A DNA stretch of 64,000 nt from Trichosphaerium sp. ATCC 40318 (taxonomy: Eukaryota; Protista; Tubulinea), in the NCBI GenBank assembly GCA_038496445.1, contig JALMLS010000507.1, forward strand, positions 62,001 to 126,000. The letters are read 5' to 3'. Shown one piece after another: positions 12,521 through 24,700 of the stretch (the stretch's first letter is position 1; the number at the start of each line of letters is the position of its first letter). The position numbers and the translations under genes were made by a program. The notes under the pieces are model-generated. The model was given only the letters and a program-made list of their open reading frames with translations. It had not been told where the DNA came from and searched no databases.

Positions 12521-12784
12521 GCATACAAGAAAAACACAAAACAAAAGCACAGATCAAAACAAAACACATTGTATTATAGCATAATAACCACTTATACCAA
12601 ACAATAAAAAAACTTGGAACAAACGAGTAAATTCCGTGAATCTATGGCAAATCGCGAACCAAATAGATATTGTTACAAAAAAACTACACACCACTAAGCA
12701 TTCTTTTCTGCTAGCTGGCAGAACGTAGGGGTTAGATTTCAACCGTCAAAGTGAAGAAAGCCTCAAAGATTTTTAAATTACTTT

Positions 12785-14439
12785 TTATTCTTTGCCAATG
12801 TTGCCTTGTATAAAAGGACGCAAAGCAGCTAATGTTATTGGTATAGCTTCCTACAAAAAGAGTTAACAAGTAAGAAATTTGAAAAAGTGTAAGTAAATGC
12901 TTTTGTACCTCTGTGCGAATTGTTCTTGAGCCTTGACAAGGACATGTATTCAAGTAATAATCAACAATATCAACAACTGTACGGTTTGCTTCTGAAAGTT
13001 GTTTATCTCCTGCTAGACAACTCTCTAATCCTTTTAATCCACCAAATACAATAAGAATATGCCTATAAACACGTGTAAGACGGTGCTGAGCAAGTTCTTG
13101 AGGCGGACATAGACCAGAAATAAAAACAAGAAAAGCCTTTAAAGCAAAATTATAATTTACGTACTGAAACTTTGGAAGGTCTTCCATGTCATCTACAGAA
13201 CTACCGCGGTCTGAAGTACCAATGATGCAATCATAACGTTCCTTAAATGTGTTAGAAGATGTACAACGTATTAATTAAATTGCATTAATGTGTTACCTTA
13301 AAACTAGATGCACCAAGTGCTTCACGTAGACTAGATGCCCTCCTTGCTTCAGAGTTAGCAAACAGTGGACCATTTCATTAATTAGCTTCCTTACCGAACT
13401 TGAAATCCCCAATATATACCCATTGATTCTCTTGGTTCACTCGCATCTGTAGCTTTACCCTAGAATTCATGTTAAATACAGAAAAGTTGCAATTTGAGAA
13501 AAAAAAGAATTTGGCTGTCGTACTCTGAACTTATTCTTATCCATTTGATACTCTTTACCGTCATCTGTTATACCCATCTTAATTGTAACCCTCACATTTT
13601 CTCGTAAGCATTTATTTATGACACATGGCTAAAAACAACAATCAATCAATGACACCTCTTTTTTTTTTTTTTTTTGTATTTAATTGTTATGTAACACTCC
13701 TGACGGTTAGGTAGATGTGACGTACTTGTCGTAGGCCAATATTTACTGTAGATCGTTTTCCAACTTCAGTTAATACGACACCTTCTCTATATGGAACAAC
13801 AATATTCTACAAAGAGTGTCAAAAGACTCGCATGTCAAACTTGTTTTGATTCTACAAGTTGCTGATAAAATGTGTCTCATACCTCGCGCATATGGTGAGG
13901 CATATCTAGAGGAGGCAAATAGCCCGAAAATTGAAGCAATGGATCATGAGAAAACAATTTTCGCCTTAGGTACCTATATTGATGTTATACTACGCTAATA
14001 CGCTTATTTTACGCACTGTGGTGTTTCTGCGTATGTCAGCAGCTTGACAATTGCTTCAATAGAATCAAGTTCGCTGGCATTTTTACGTTTCTTTGTGTTA
14101 GCTTGTTCTTCATCTATTAAAGTAATATTTAAAACCGAGTATGACCCAAGAATTTCTCACCTGTTTGTTCTACCTCTTCAAATACTACAATCTCGTCTAC
14201 GTTAAATACAGACGCTGTACGCGCAATTCTACCGATTAGCGCAGCTTTTAGCTGTTCAGTCTGCGCATTTTGTACAATACTGGCTGGAAACTAATAAATT
14301 AGACACTAGGGTAAAATGACAGGCGTACAGCAATTGATAACGTCCAATTTCTTCCAGTTTTACCGTACTTAGCCTCTTGGAGGCGTCTACGTTTCCTATC
14401 GCTTTGGGAATCATTGCCGTGTGGGTGAGGACGCTTCAT
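12785..14439 (-). CDS. SPOUT1: SPOUT1/C9orf114-type RNA methyltransferase
   Basis: WTLSIA..ASIVQNAQ..LIGRIARTASVFNVDEIVVF, LTYAETP, YDCIIGTSDRG, HILIVFGGLKGLE, YLNTCPCQGSRTIRTEEAIPITL. Confidence 0.92.
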
Positions 14440-14612
14440 AATGTCGTTTCTTCACAGTTGAGGCGAGTGATCTTCAAAAATACTTCTTTTGACTTTGTAA
14501 TCTTCTCGGAAGCTTCTGCCGCTTTCTTGCCTAAGTGTAGTTTGGTGGTATTTATTGTACAACACATCAGGTGTTTTGTTTCTAAGGCCAGTTACATAAA
14601 TCAAGCGCCGAA

Positions 14613-16261
14613 ATGGCCAAAACGTTTATTGTATGGGTTATTGATGGCGAAGAGCGTGATGGCGGTTATCTGTGCAAGGAGCACTCTGAGGTTACATTCG
14701 CAGACGTAAAACGCCTATACAATGGCCCTATGTGCAATTTTTTGTTTAAAACCCCTGGTAAACAGTATTTATCAAAATTATTGGTGTATTTACTAACGGT
14801 AATGTTGTAGATTACTCGCCAGAGGGCAAGCAATTACCTACATACCACTGGACATTGATCGACTACGAACTATCACCTGTAAGACGCTACGGCAGCCAAT
14901 GTTTACTTATATCTCGTTGCTTTAGGTGCCATTAACAAAACCAAACGGTCAGGATACTATTTACATTTGTCCTCAAATTCTCGAGTCTCGTGCGTTATCT
15001 ATCATTTAAACCGCCAAAATGACTATCCCTAGCTGTAACAAACGTTCGGTATCATGTAGACGTACGTTTGTCTGCCAAAATGTTTTTTTTTCGCGCATTT
15101 TCTAAATTGGCGTTTGTAGGGCATTAATACTCCAATCGTTCTTACCATAAAGAAACCTACGCGCTTGGTACTTGTTAATGATGTAAAGAGTCGTTTACCA
15201 GGCTTTGGTGGTGTGTTTTTGTTTAAAACGCCAGGTATGACGTAGTTACTTATTGCGCTAAACAAAGAGGATTGTTATGATCGATTAACTGACGTGTTAA
15301 CGGAAATTATTAGAACAAGCCTTAAGCCCAACAGATCAAGACCCACATCACTGGGCCATGCTTCTAAATCACTCTGGCGTGAGACCATCAGGTCAGCATA
15401 TCAATGAAATAGAGTGTAGGATTAAAACAAATATGAAACGTGCGCATGTCACTTTTTCGTCAAAAAAAACAAACTACAACAACGCTTCGCTACCATTGCC
15501 TTTTTTTATGATTTTTGATCCTTGCAATGGGAAATATCATAAAACAAGTCCAATCTAACTACAGGGCGCCTGAATAGCGATTTTTAGTACAATTAAACAC
15601 TTTTTTGTTTATCCGAGTCTCGAACATCTTTTCGTTAAAAAAAGTATTCTACTTTTAACGCTTTTACTTTAGCAATGACTATAGTATCAATACAAGTATG
15701 GGGAAGCAATGCTACTCCTGGTTATGTACGCATAAACAGGCCACCTTCAGAGATCTGTCTTGCGGATGTATTACCTTATTTCAGATCTATACATGGCGTT
15801 TATTTGTTAAAGGTACAAAAGAGATCAACAGCAGGCTGACAAGCTCTGAAAAAAATCAAAAACGGAAAGTTTCAAAAAATAGACTGAAACTGTTTTGTTT
15901 CCACTTCTGGTCGTTTTTTGGGTTTTGACACCTCTGTTAGGTTTATGAAGAAGGCGGATATCATTATTTTCTAATACGTCGTAACAATGAGGCGTTCCCT
16001 GTAGCTGATGCAAGTCAAGTAATCGAAGTTATAGTAGTACCTCCAAAATCTTTTGAATCTGCTGCAGCATCATTACCTATAAGTCATTTATCATCTGCTA
16101 CGCCTATGGCATCACTGGTTACGCCTTTAAATAATAACACAATCAACAATATGGCACCTCCTTCTATGGCTTCTCTGGCCTCTCTTCCAATGGCTTCTAT
16201 TGCACCTTTGGCTCCTATGGCTACTATAGCTCCTGTGACATCGATGATGGACACTACCTAA
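14613..16261 (+). CDS. Protein with three tandem DIX-like (beta-grasp) domains and an Ala/Pro/Met-rich tail
   Basis: Spliced units: TFIVWVIDG..VTFADVK..FLFKT, TNVRYHVDGINTPIVLTIKKP..VLVNDVK..FLFKT, TIVSIQVWG..TPGYVRINRPPSEICLADV..YLLK. All match the DIX pattern TxVxYxxDxxxTPYxxxxxxxxxxxTLxDxK...FxFK. Confidence 0.6.
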
Positions 16262-16760
16262 ACTAGATATTTCTCATTCTTGTAGAAAAGAAAAAATAAT
16301 TTACGCGTAGCTCGTATTAGTAAAAGACCGAGAAAAAAAAATATGAACTACCCATTTTTCCAACGTTGAAATTCCTTAATTCAATGGCTTTTTAAGAGAA
16401 AGGAGGAATTGACATAAACTCTGCGTTTTTTTCTCAAAAAACTTGTAGAGTTCCTCCGGCTACTTATTCCGATTGTGGCTTGTAAACTTTCACCTGAACA
16501 CCCGTACTACGCATCTGATGGCCTTATTCGGCCAAGGTTATTGCTTTAATTTACTTATTGTATGGAACTGTAAAGTATTTAGTTGCATACAACCAGCGGA
16601 ATCAAGCACTGTTGTTTTTGGGTTTTGTGTAGCAAAAATAGCCGTACAAGCAAAAAAGGACATAATTTTATCTTGTCGTCAAAATAAATTCAAAATTATT
16701 TGGGCAGAAACAATAGGAACCTTACGTGATAACTACTTAAAACATCCTTAAAAAAACACA

Positions 16761-19008
16761 ATGGTATTGTATCAGTGCAGTCTACTATGTGGCTGTAAAA
16801 AAGCAATGAACAAAAGCCAAAAGCAAGTCAGAAAGGGGTTGCGTAGCGGTATTTTCCGCGCTACTGTTGGTACGTATACACGAACTACAACGTGCGCACG
16901 TCGGTCTTTTTCTCCGTAGGCGGCGTTTCTTTTTCAAACCTGATGCGTAAAACACCTTCAAATGGTTTTACTGCACGTACCCTATTTCTTCGGATGTTTT
17001 TGCGCACAATCGTTTCGGTATACTTAAATTTCCATTCCGAGTACCTTTAATGATAAGAGACATAAAAGTTTAACCAATGAAGGAAATAACAACGTTTTTT
17101 ACTCAAATTGGACGGAAATGATTTTTTTGAGTTTCAATTACACCACGTGGTAATTACTTTCTATAATTACTTACGCTAGTTTATATTAGGTATTCTAAGC
17201 GCTATATCATTCTTTTACTTTTTTACAAAGGTATCAATTGAGATACACCTAGTCAGAGAGCTAGAACAACGAGATAATATTATACAGACATGTATTGAGC
17301 TTACTCTACAAACTGCAAGGGAAAGAGGTAACTCCGCAATTTGGGTGGCTGGCAAAGGAACCAACCTGGTGGCGAAAGAGAATATGGGTACAGTCTTTCA
17401 GACGACATTATTTGCTTGTTGACGTTAGCCTTGGCTATACAAAAAAATTTGTGATTCATCTACGCGTTTACTTTATCCGTATTAACACGCTCTAATAGAA
17501 GCAGCAAGAGCCCAGGTAGATATATTCAGGGCAGAAGTTGAAAAACTTTACAGTAATCCCATAGCGCGATACGACGACCTAGAAAAAGCTCTTTCTGCTC
17601 TAGATGAGTTACCTGACTTCCGTCTTCGGGTACGCAAGCATCTAAAATCAGCATTCCGATTTAATTGATTCTCGTCAGGTTGATGATGTAGCGAACACTG
17701 GTATTCTCGGCAATGAGACACTGGCGTTTTATACTGATATAAATGCTTTATTTGTTGACTTTGAACTATTTGAAAGTTTTTCGAAATTTGAAGATACTAG
17801 CCGTGGCTTGTACACCATTATTCGTGAATCTCTTGTACGTATTATGAAACTTGTAGACGTTTGTTGAATTTTAAAAACTAACGGTTTTTGTTACAGTTGA
17901 ACGAGTTTACTGGTATTGAGCGTGGTACCTTTGCAGCACTGTTTGAGAGAGGTATATTTTTTTCTTCTTTTTCTTCTTTTTTTTTTTTTTTTTTGTTGTA
18001 TTGAGTTTTAATCGTTTGTTTAGGTTACTACACTAGCCAGGATGAATTTCTGGATATTATTAATATCTTAAGTCAAAAATCCGAAACTGAAAAAGAGCTG
18101 GATGTTCTACTTAGGGATGAGCACCTACAAGTCTCCACGGATGTCAAGGTACTACTTTTTTTATTTCCTTTTGTTGTGTTTTCTTTTTGTTGTACTTATT
18201 TCTGTTTGTTTATAGAATTCTGCAAGTGTAAGAGAAGCAATAAGAATAACTGATGAGATGAGGAATACTGCTATCAATGTCAACTTTTTCGAAACGGCAG
18301 TAAGATAAATTTTTGGTTTATCTAACATTTATTTGTATAGGATTTCTTGGCCTTTAACAGAGCAAATCCTTTCACTATTGATCCTGATGAGTGGTTTGGT
18401 AATATGACTACTATCATCGATAGTAAGAGAACTCTTAGAGCAGTGTTATTGTACGTACAAGTCTTCGTGAAGCGTTTTTACTAACAAGGAAACATAGTGA
18501 TGACCACAAGAAGGTTCAAAGAAAACACTTGACGCAAACGATAATCGATGCTTGTATTGCTTTTATTGCATTGTGTTTAGAAGTTACAGCATGCAGTACA
18601 TTGATATATTTGGCGTGGCCAGTACTCAAGCTATTTTGGCGTTTGGAGCGCGATTCTAAACGGTACATAAAAGAACAACTTAAAACTGAGAGTGGCTTGG
18701 ATTGCTAACTTTTTTTAATTTGTCTAGATTTGAAACTTCCAGACGTACAGATACGGCTGGTACATCGACTAAAGAGGATGACGATGATGTCGAAGATCAC
18801 AACGATATGGTTTTAGCTATGTCTGAAGAACGTATGTAGCAAAAAAGATAGAACCAACGTTTTTTGTGTGGTTTGAACATTTTTTTTTAACATTTGTTTT
18901 CCCGTAGAAGTTGGATCAGTTACTACTGAATCATCGTCAATGCTGCCAGAGGAAGAAGATTATTCTGTTACCGACTCAGTAACTCAAGAGTCAACGACAG
19001 GTGCATAG
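16761..19008 (+). CDS. Two-TM membrane protein with extracytoplasmic NIT (nitrate/nitrite-sensing) domain and acidic cytosolic tail
   Basis: Hand-spliced; essentially missed by the ORF track. TM1 FILGILSAISFFYFF; LQTARERGNSA; LPDFRLRVD; LAFYTDINALF; EFTGIERGTFAA; DPDEWFGNMTTIID; TM2 ACIAFIALCLEVTACSTLIYLAW. Confidence 0.78.
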
Positions 19009-20049
19009 GCTTGTTTTGTTGGTTATTTTCCGAAGAAAGAACGGCCCTAAATTGGTGTGCGGCGCGGATATTCTCTTCTACTTGGTAATGAGCCATGTAT
19101 TTTTATTAAATAATATTACAATAAGCATTCTGTTTTTAACAAGAACACAATACCTTTAGTCGTATTTTCTACCAATTGTTTTTTTCCAAAAAGAGATGAC
19201 TTGTCTACTATGCAAGCAAGCACCTTCCTTTTTGTTCAATAGAATTGTTAGTTATAGTTGTGTGTTTAGTGGTCTAAATTAGGACGCTAAAACCTAAAAT
19301 ACAAACATTATTACGAGATTATATTGTCATAAAAGTGTGAACACTTTTTGAAAGTACTTACGTATCCCAAGCAATATTGCTTGATGCTTATTAGAACCCA
19401 TACTGTTGACATATGCAATTGGGACCTATTGTTTTCGTAGCACAAGGTTAATTGTAGTTTTCAGTTATCCAGACAATCCCACTTTTAGTCACGCAGCTAT
19501 CGCATCGATATGCAGCTGGACAAAACATAGAATTTGGTGTGCCTCCGAAAACAATAAAGGAATTGTGAGAGTTGCTCACAGGGTTTTTGAGGTCTATGAT
19601 CACGTCTACATGTGTATTGAAGGTATTTAATATTTGGTGCTCTGGGCCAATTGTTGTCATTCCTAGGAATATTGGTTGGAAAAATAAACACTTGGGTTTA
19701 GCAAGATGGATAATTCTTGCGTCTGTGACTCCTGGGTACGCAATTGAGTGGCGCCATAAACGTGCTTTAATCTTTGTTCTTTTTATGTTCATTACCAAGT
19801 TGCAAACACCAGAAAGAAAACCAAGATGAATGTCAAACTTTAGTAAAAGTTGGCATGGTATACATTTTGTACTGAAAAGGAAATGAACATTGGATCGAAG
19901 TACAACGCCAAAAAAGGATAAACCTAAATTGAATTCCCACCTTTGTATGTGGGACGTTTAACCTACAACTTCTGTTGGCGAACTCAAGCCACGAATTCGT
20001 CCTTTAAGAACTACTAAGATTACTTAATTAAGTAAATCAAAAAAAAACG

Positions 20050-21368
20050 ATGACAGCATCTCTATTCGCTGTTGCGTTACTAATACTACTTACTATCGCC
20101 CATACCTTTCCATGTAATAACATTAAAGGACCAAAAGGGGAAGTCTACAGCTTGGCTCCTTTGCAATCAAAGGTTCAATCCTTTTTAGGTAGAATGGTGT
20201 CACGATTAGGAGACTGATAAGACCTCATTCACATTGAAGATCATTCACATAACGGATTACTCACATTCATGAGTTCATTCTCAACCTTCATGAATAGTTC
20301 ATGAATCATTCATGACCAAAAGGGAAAATTTACAGCTTGGCTCCTTTGCAATCAAAGGTTCAATCCTTTTTAGGTAGAATGGAATGTCCAACTTGCAAGG
20401 TAACGATTTAGACTTTTAATTATCTGAAAAACGCATAAGCTCCCACCTAAGCTTCTAAAAAGGAAGGTTTCTACGAGTACACAATGGATATATGCAATTC
20501 CACATATTCTTGCGGAAATTTCGAGCTATGTGGTGCATGCCAAATGAACAGAAATAATTCAATGCCACATTTCGTAAGTAATCATATGTGTTTTTTTGCT
20601 TTAATGTGCTTGTTCTCGCTTACATGTTGTAGAGATGTTATGGTGTCATGGACGAAGTTAGAGGCTTAGATAAAGAAACTGGTGTATTTTTACACTACAG
20701 GTCTCCTGATGGCGTACATTCGATGTCGTGTACGTTTCGTTGAATTGCAACTTTTTCTTTGGTGTGATTTTTCAACATACTTTTTCTTAACGTTGGCGTC
20801 AAGGGCTTATACGTCTCTCTGCTTAAACTTAAATTTCCAAATCTTAGTCTGACCTTTTTTGTATTAGTATCAATCTATTGTGACGAGTTTGGATCAGGTA
20901 CATGTTTCAAAGAACTGAAGAAAAAAATTAACTCGAGAAAATGTTGACGCTGTATTTGACAATCTTTCGTTTAGAGTGGAGCGATGTGGTAGTTTATGAC
21001 CAAGAATTATACTTGAACTATATTCCTGTTACTGCCAAGTAAAGTATGCATGCCCTATAAACAAAAAATGTACGAAAGGAAACAACACTTCTTGTAATTT
21101 TGAGATTTTAAAGAAGAATCTAAATTTCTCTTTAGACAAGGAATATGCTATCACTGAGGATGTTAAAGTTCTAGGTAAACTAGTTGGAGAAGGTCCTGCA
21201 AGATCAGTAGAAGAAGCAAGCAGGAGAGCGTCTGATAATGGAGCAGTAGCCTTCAATTATTATGATTACAGGAAACAAGCAGAGTACTTTAGGTTTGTTG
21301 ATGGACTTGAACGCCTCAGTACCAAATCGGAAACTTCAAGCGGTATTGTTTACAAGACTGGATTTTAA
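20050..21368 (+). CDS. Secreted protein with MRH/M6P-receptor-like domain and a possible PAN/apple-like C-terminal domain; exon 1 interrupted by an insertion
   Basis: Signal peptide MTASLFAVALLILLTIAHT, then C..GPKGEVYSLAPL, FYEYTMDIC..C..CGACQ, CYG, GVFLHY, SIYCD, VKYACP. Confidence 0.6.
20129..20382 (+). repeat. 69-bp direct duplication (20129-20197 and 20314-20382) flanking a 116-bp insert
   Basis: The copies are identical except 3 substitutions near their 5' ends. The insert (20198-20313) starts TGTCACGA and is rich in TCATTCA/TTCATGA. Confidence 0.95.
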
Positions 21369-21762
21369 TAAAGCAAGTTGATGAAACAGTCCTATTGTGT
21401 AGTGTCAGTAGTATCTATTGAGTATGGCAATACCTTACTACTAGATGAAGATTGACTTTAGAAATGTTGGTTTAATATAGGCCTATGAGTGCTTAGCGTA
21501 AATCACATCGGGCGTCAAGAAAGGCCACAGGAAAAACATCATAGGTATAAACTTTTACCTTCACTATGCGACAGCCTTAGCTTCACTGTCATGTTATTTT
21601 TGAAGTATTGGTAACAGAGTAAGTAGACATGGAAACATTCAGACTAGAGGAGGACTCAATTTTTAGTTCAAAGGAGGAAAAATAATTTATTTATTCGTTT
21701 TCTGCATATTTACATCTTGTCAGAAGTATTCAGTTTTAAATGTGAACGTGTAAGTTCGATTT

Positions 21763-24700
21763 TTACTCAAGTAGGCCACTTCTGCGACGATTAAGCTTTA
21801 GAGTGCTCTTGCTGTTTGTTCTTACAAGTCTTACTCGACGTTTTTTCCTTTTCTTCTTTGGAGTCTAAATGAAACACTCAGTACACGAAAAGTAAATCTT
21901 CTACACTTCCAACATAAAGGTACTAAATACTACTACAGTACACTTGTAGTAACAGTATTCTTTCACATGTGCTCAGGCAATGGAAAATGAAAAAGTGAAA
22001 GAAAAAGAGTTATCCAAGAAATATTTTAAACGTACTGCTTTCTTTGGTGTTGGTGGATCATCTACTTCCATTTCATCCTCTTTTTCACCTTCCTCTTCAT
22101 TTTCTTCAAGTTCAGCAAGCTCTGTCAAATGGTATTGTTCGTATTCAACTGTATTCTTAACAATAAATCGAACAACAGTGATAGATTGCTTTTGTCCCAT
22201 TCTAAATTCAAGTGTTTGTTTTTTTTCATTTAACAAAACTCTTAGATGTACCTGTATGCGCGACCAATTGCTTGTTGCTCAACGGCCTTGGCTTCTGCTC
22301 TAGTACCTTGAACTGGATCCACCAGAACAATATATTTAGCGCTCATCAAGTTTGTTCCAGATGCAGATTTTGCAAGGCTAAAGCAATGTAAGCTACCACA
22401 AAAGGATTCTCAAAGTGACCACATATAAAGTCGTAATTGGCGTGTACCTCAGAAGAATAACTTTAACTGCGCTATCATTACTCTTGAAGGCTTTGATAGC
22501 TCTTTCACGTCTCATAATGTTTCTGGGACCAATTTAATAAAACCAAACAAGAAAAAGGAAAAAAATAAGAACGCACCCTTCTACCATCACTGCTGGTATG
22601 TCAACATTGTAAAGTAAATCCTGAAGTTGGTAAAGCATCTCTGAGAACTGAGAGAATAAAATAACTCTAGCTTGAGGTTCTTTAACCCATAAATCAAGCA
22701 AAAAAGTGATAATAGCAGCAAGCTTTGTTCCATAAACCAAAATACGTTCATCTCGATTCAAGTTGACATAAGCTGAAGAGCTTCCGCTCATACCATCTTC
22801 CATATCAGCTTGTCTGTATATACGATCAAGTAACAGCTCTTTTTTCCCCTTTGTCGATAAGTTACGACTCTTTAAATAGGCAGTCAACTGCTTTTTGTTC
22901 CAATCTTCAACATTCTGTATAGCTGCTGATCCACGTGTTATAAGTTTTTCTTTTTGCCATGACATATCAACTGGTTTCTATGGTAGACCATAAGTAAGTT
23001 GTACAAGACTCCTAATTGAGAAATAAAGCCACAAAGCAAAAAAATTCAAAAAAAAAAACGTGATCAGGTTCACCCACATTAAGCTCGTTAGATGTAGAGC
23101 TTTGTATCTAGTACGGATTCTCGCCGATAAAATGAAGCAAATTTGAAGAAACATTAGGCGAAAGCGTACAATATCTTTCCAGAATTCCCATTTTTTCTCT
23201 TGATGTTTCAGCTCACGTGTAACTTTTTCTATTTCTCTTGGGTATCTATCAGCACGTCCTGTAATGGCTGTTATCTCTCTTTTCAACCCTTGTGACTTTG
23301 CAATAATCTCACGATACTTCTCATGGTCAGATATATCCCAAGACATCTGAGAACAAGTAAGAAAAAGTAAAGTAACTTAACAATGCTTTCTGACTTAAAA
23401 AAGTTGAAAAAAAAACGTTGTAATCAAACAAGTTTCGTGGTTAATTTAAATTTAAACATCACTTTACCTTTCTACGCTCAGCATCCACCTCTAGAAGCTC
23501 AGCTTTAGCTAAAGGCTTCCTTTTCGCGTCTACAACAAGTTGTGACTCCATATCCTTTATATTACGCCTCATACTCGTAATAGAGTTCTAGAAGTGTAGC
23601 TAAGAGTAAGACAAAAGTTCTACTAATCAAACTGGTAATCACAACAACGTACAGAAAGAGCTGGTTTGTGATATTGTCTTTTTACATCCAGAGTAGAAGC
23701 TCCACGTCCTTCTGTATCAACAGAGATACAACACAACTTTCCAAGGTTTCCGCTATAGTGTGGATGAGGTAGATACCTTATTGATGTTTGTTCAACATCA
23801 ACAACAGCACTTTTATAAATAGCATCCTCAATTGGATGAAACTTTAGATATTTCACTTCCTAAACTCGGAAAGTAAGTTCTCAATACAAAATGTTGTTCT
23901 TCTTCTCTTTCTATTGGTTACCTGTTTATATTCTGGAATTTCTATCTCATCCTTTGCACTCTCTTTAGTATGTCTCCAATAGAGATTATTAATGAGTAAA
24001 TCAGATACAACCCAACTACAGAACATTAGTTAAGCCACAACAAACAAAAAAACCAACCAAAATTAAACCGTTCTCTTGAAGCGAACTACAACGTTTACCC
24101 AGCGATTACATCCATTTGGTAATGGATAGATATAACTCAAAAACCACTGATACGATCTGATCGTAATTGGGAGGAGGTTTAAGAAAGTGTTGATTTACTG
24201 GCAAATTCTTGAAATATAAAAAAAGTGAACTTACTTGTGGTAATCATCAAAAGAGTCATCCATCGTCCAATCTTCTTGTTTATGATATCTTCGTCTCTTG
24301 TATTTTGTTGTAGGAGGTTCTATACCACAGTATCCCCTTGGTAGAGTTTAATGCATGTGCTTTAAGAACGAATTAAATCATACCATGGTAAGCTCTTTCC
24401 AGAATAGTCAGGAAGTGCTGGAGCTTTTTCATGCGACGTATCCATCCATAGATACTGTATTATACCATCTATAACCTGTAATGAAGGGAATGGTGTCCCT
24501 AAAGCAGAATATATTAGATTGAAAGGCAAAACAAAGAGTCAAGTACCTGTTACATACCACCTATATTTAGCATAGGTGATGTCAAAAAAGATTTTCATAT
24601 CATCTTGTACAACCATCTCGTGACCCTACAGGTAGGATATATTAGAGATAGGACATCTATAGATATTTATGTACCTCATCACATATAATTCTGTGCCAGT

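Noticed and set aside
19400-19830. Overlapping ORFs on both strands (up to 116 aa)
   Set aside because: No recognisable domain or consistent splice model; may be a decayed gene but cannot be supported.
20173-20188. 16-nt ultra-short intron GTTCAATCCTTTTTAG
   Set aside because: The sequence reads through in frame as VQSFLG in the reconstructed protein, so no tiny intron is needed.
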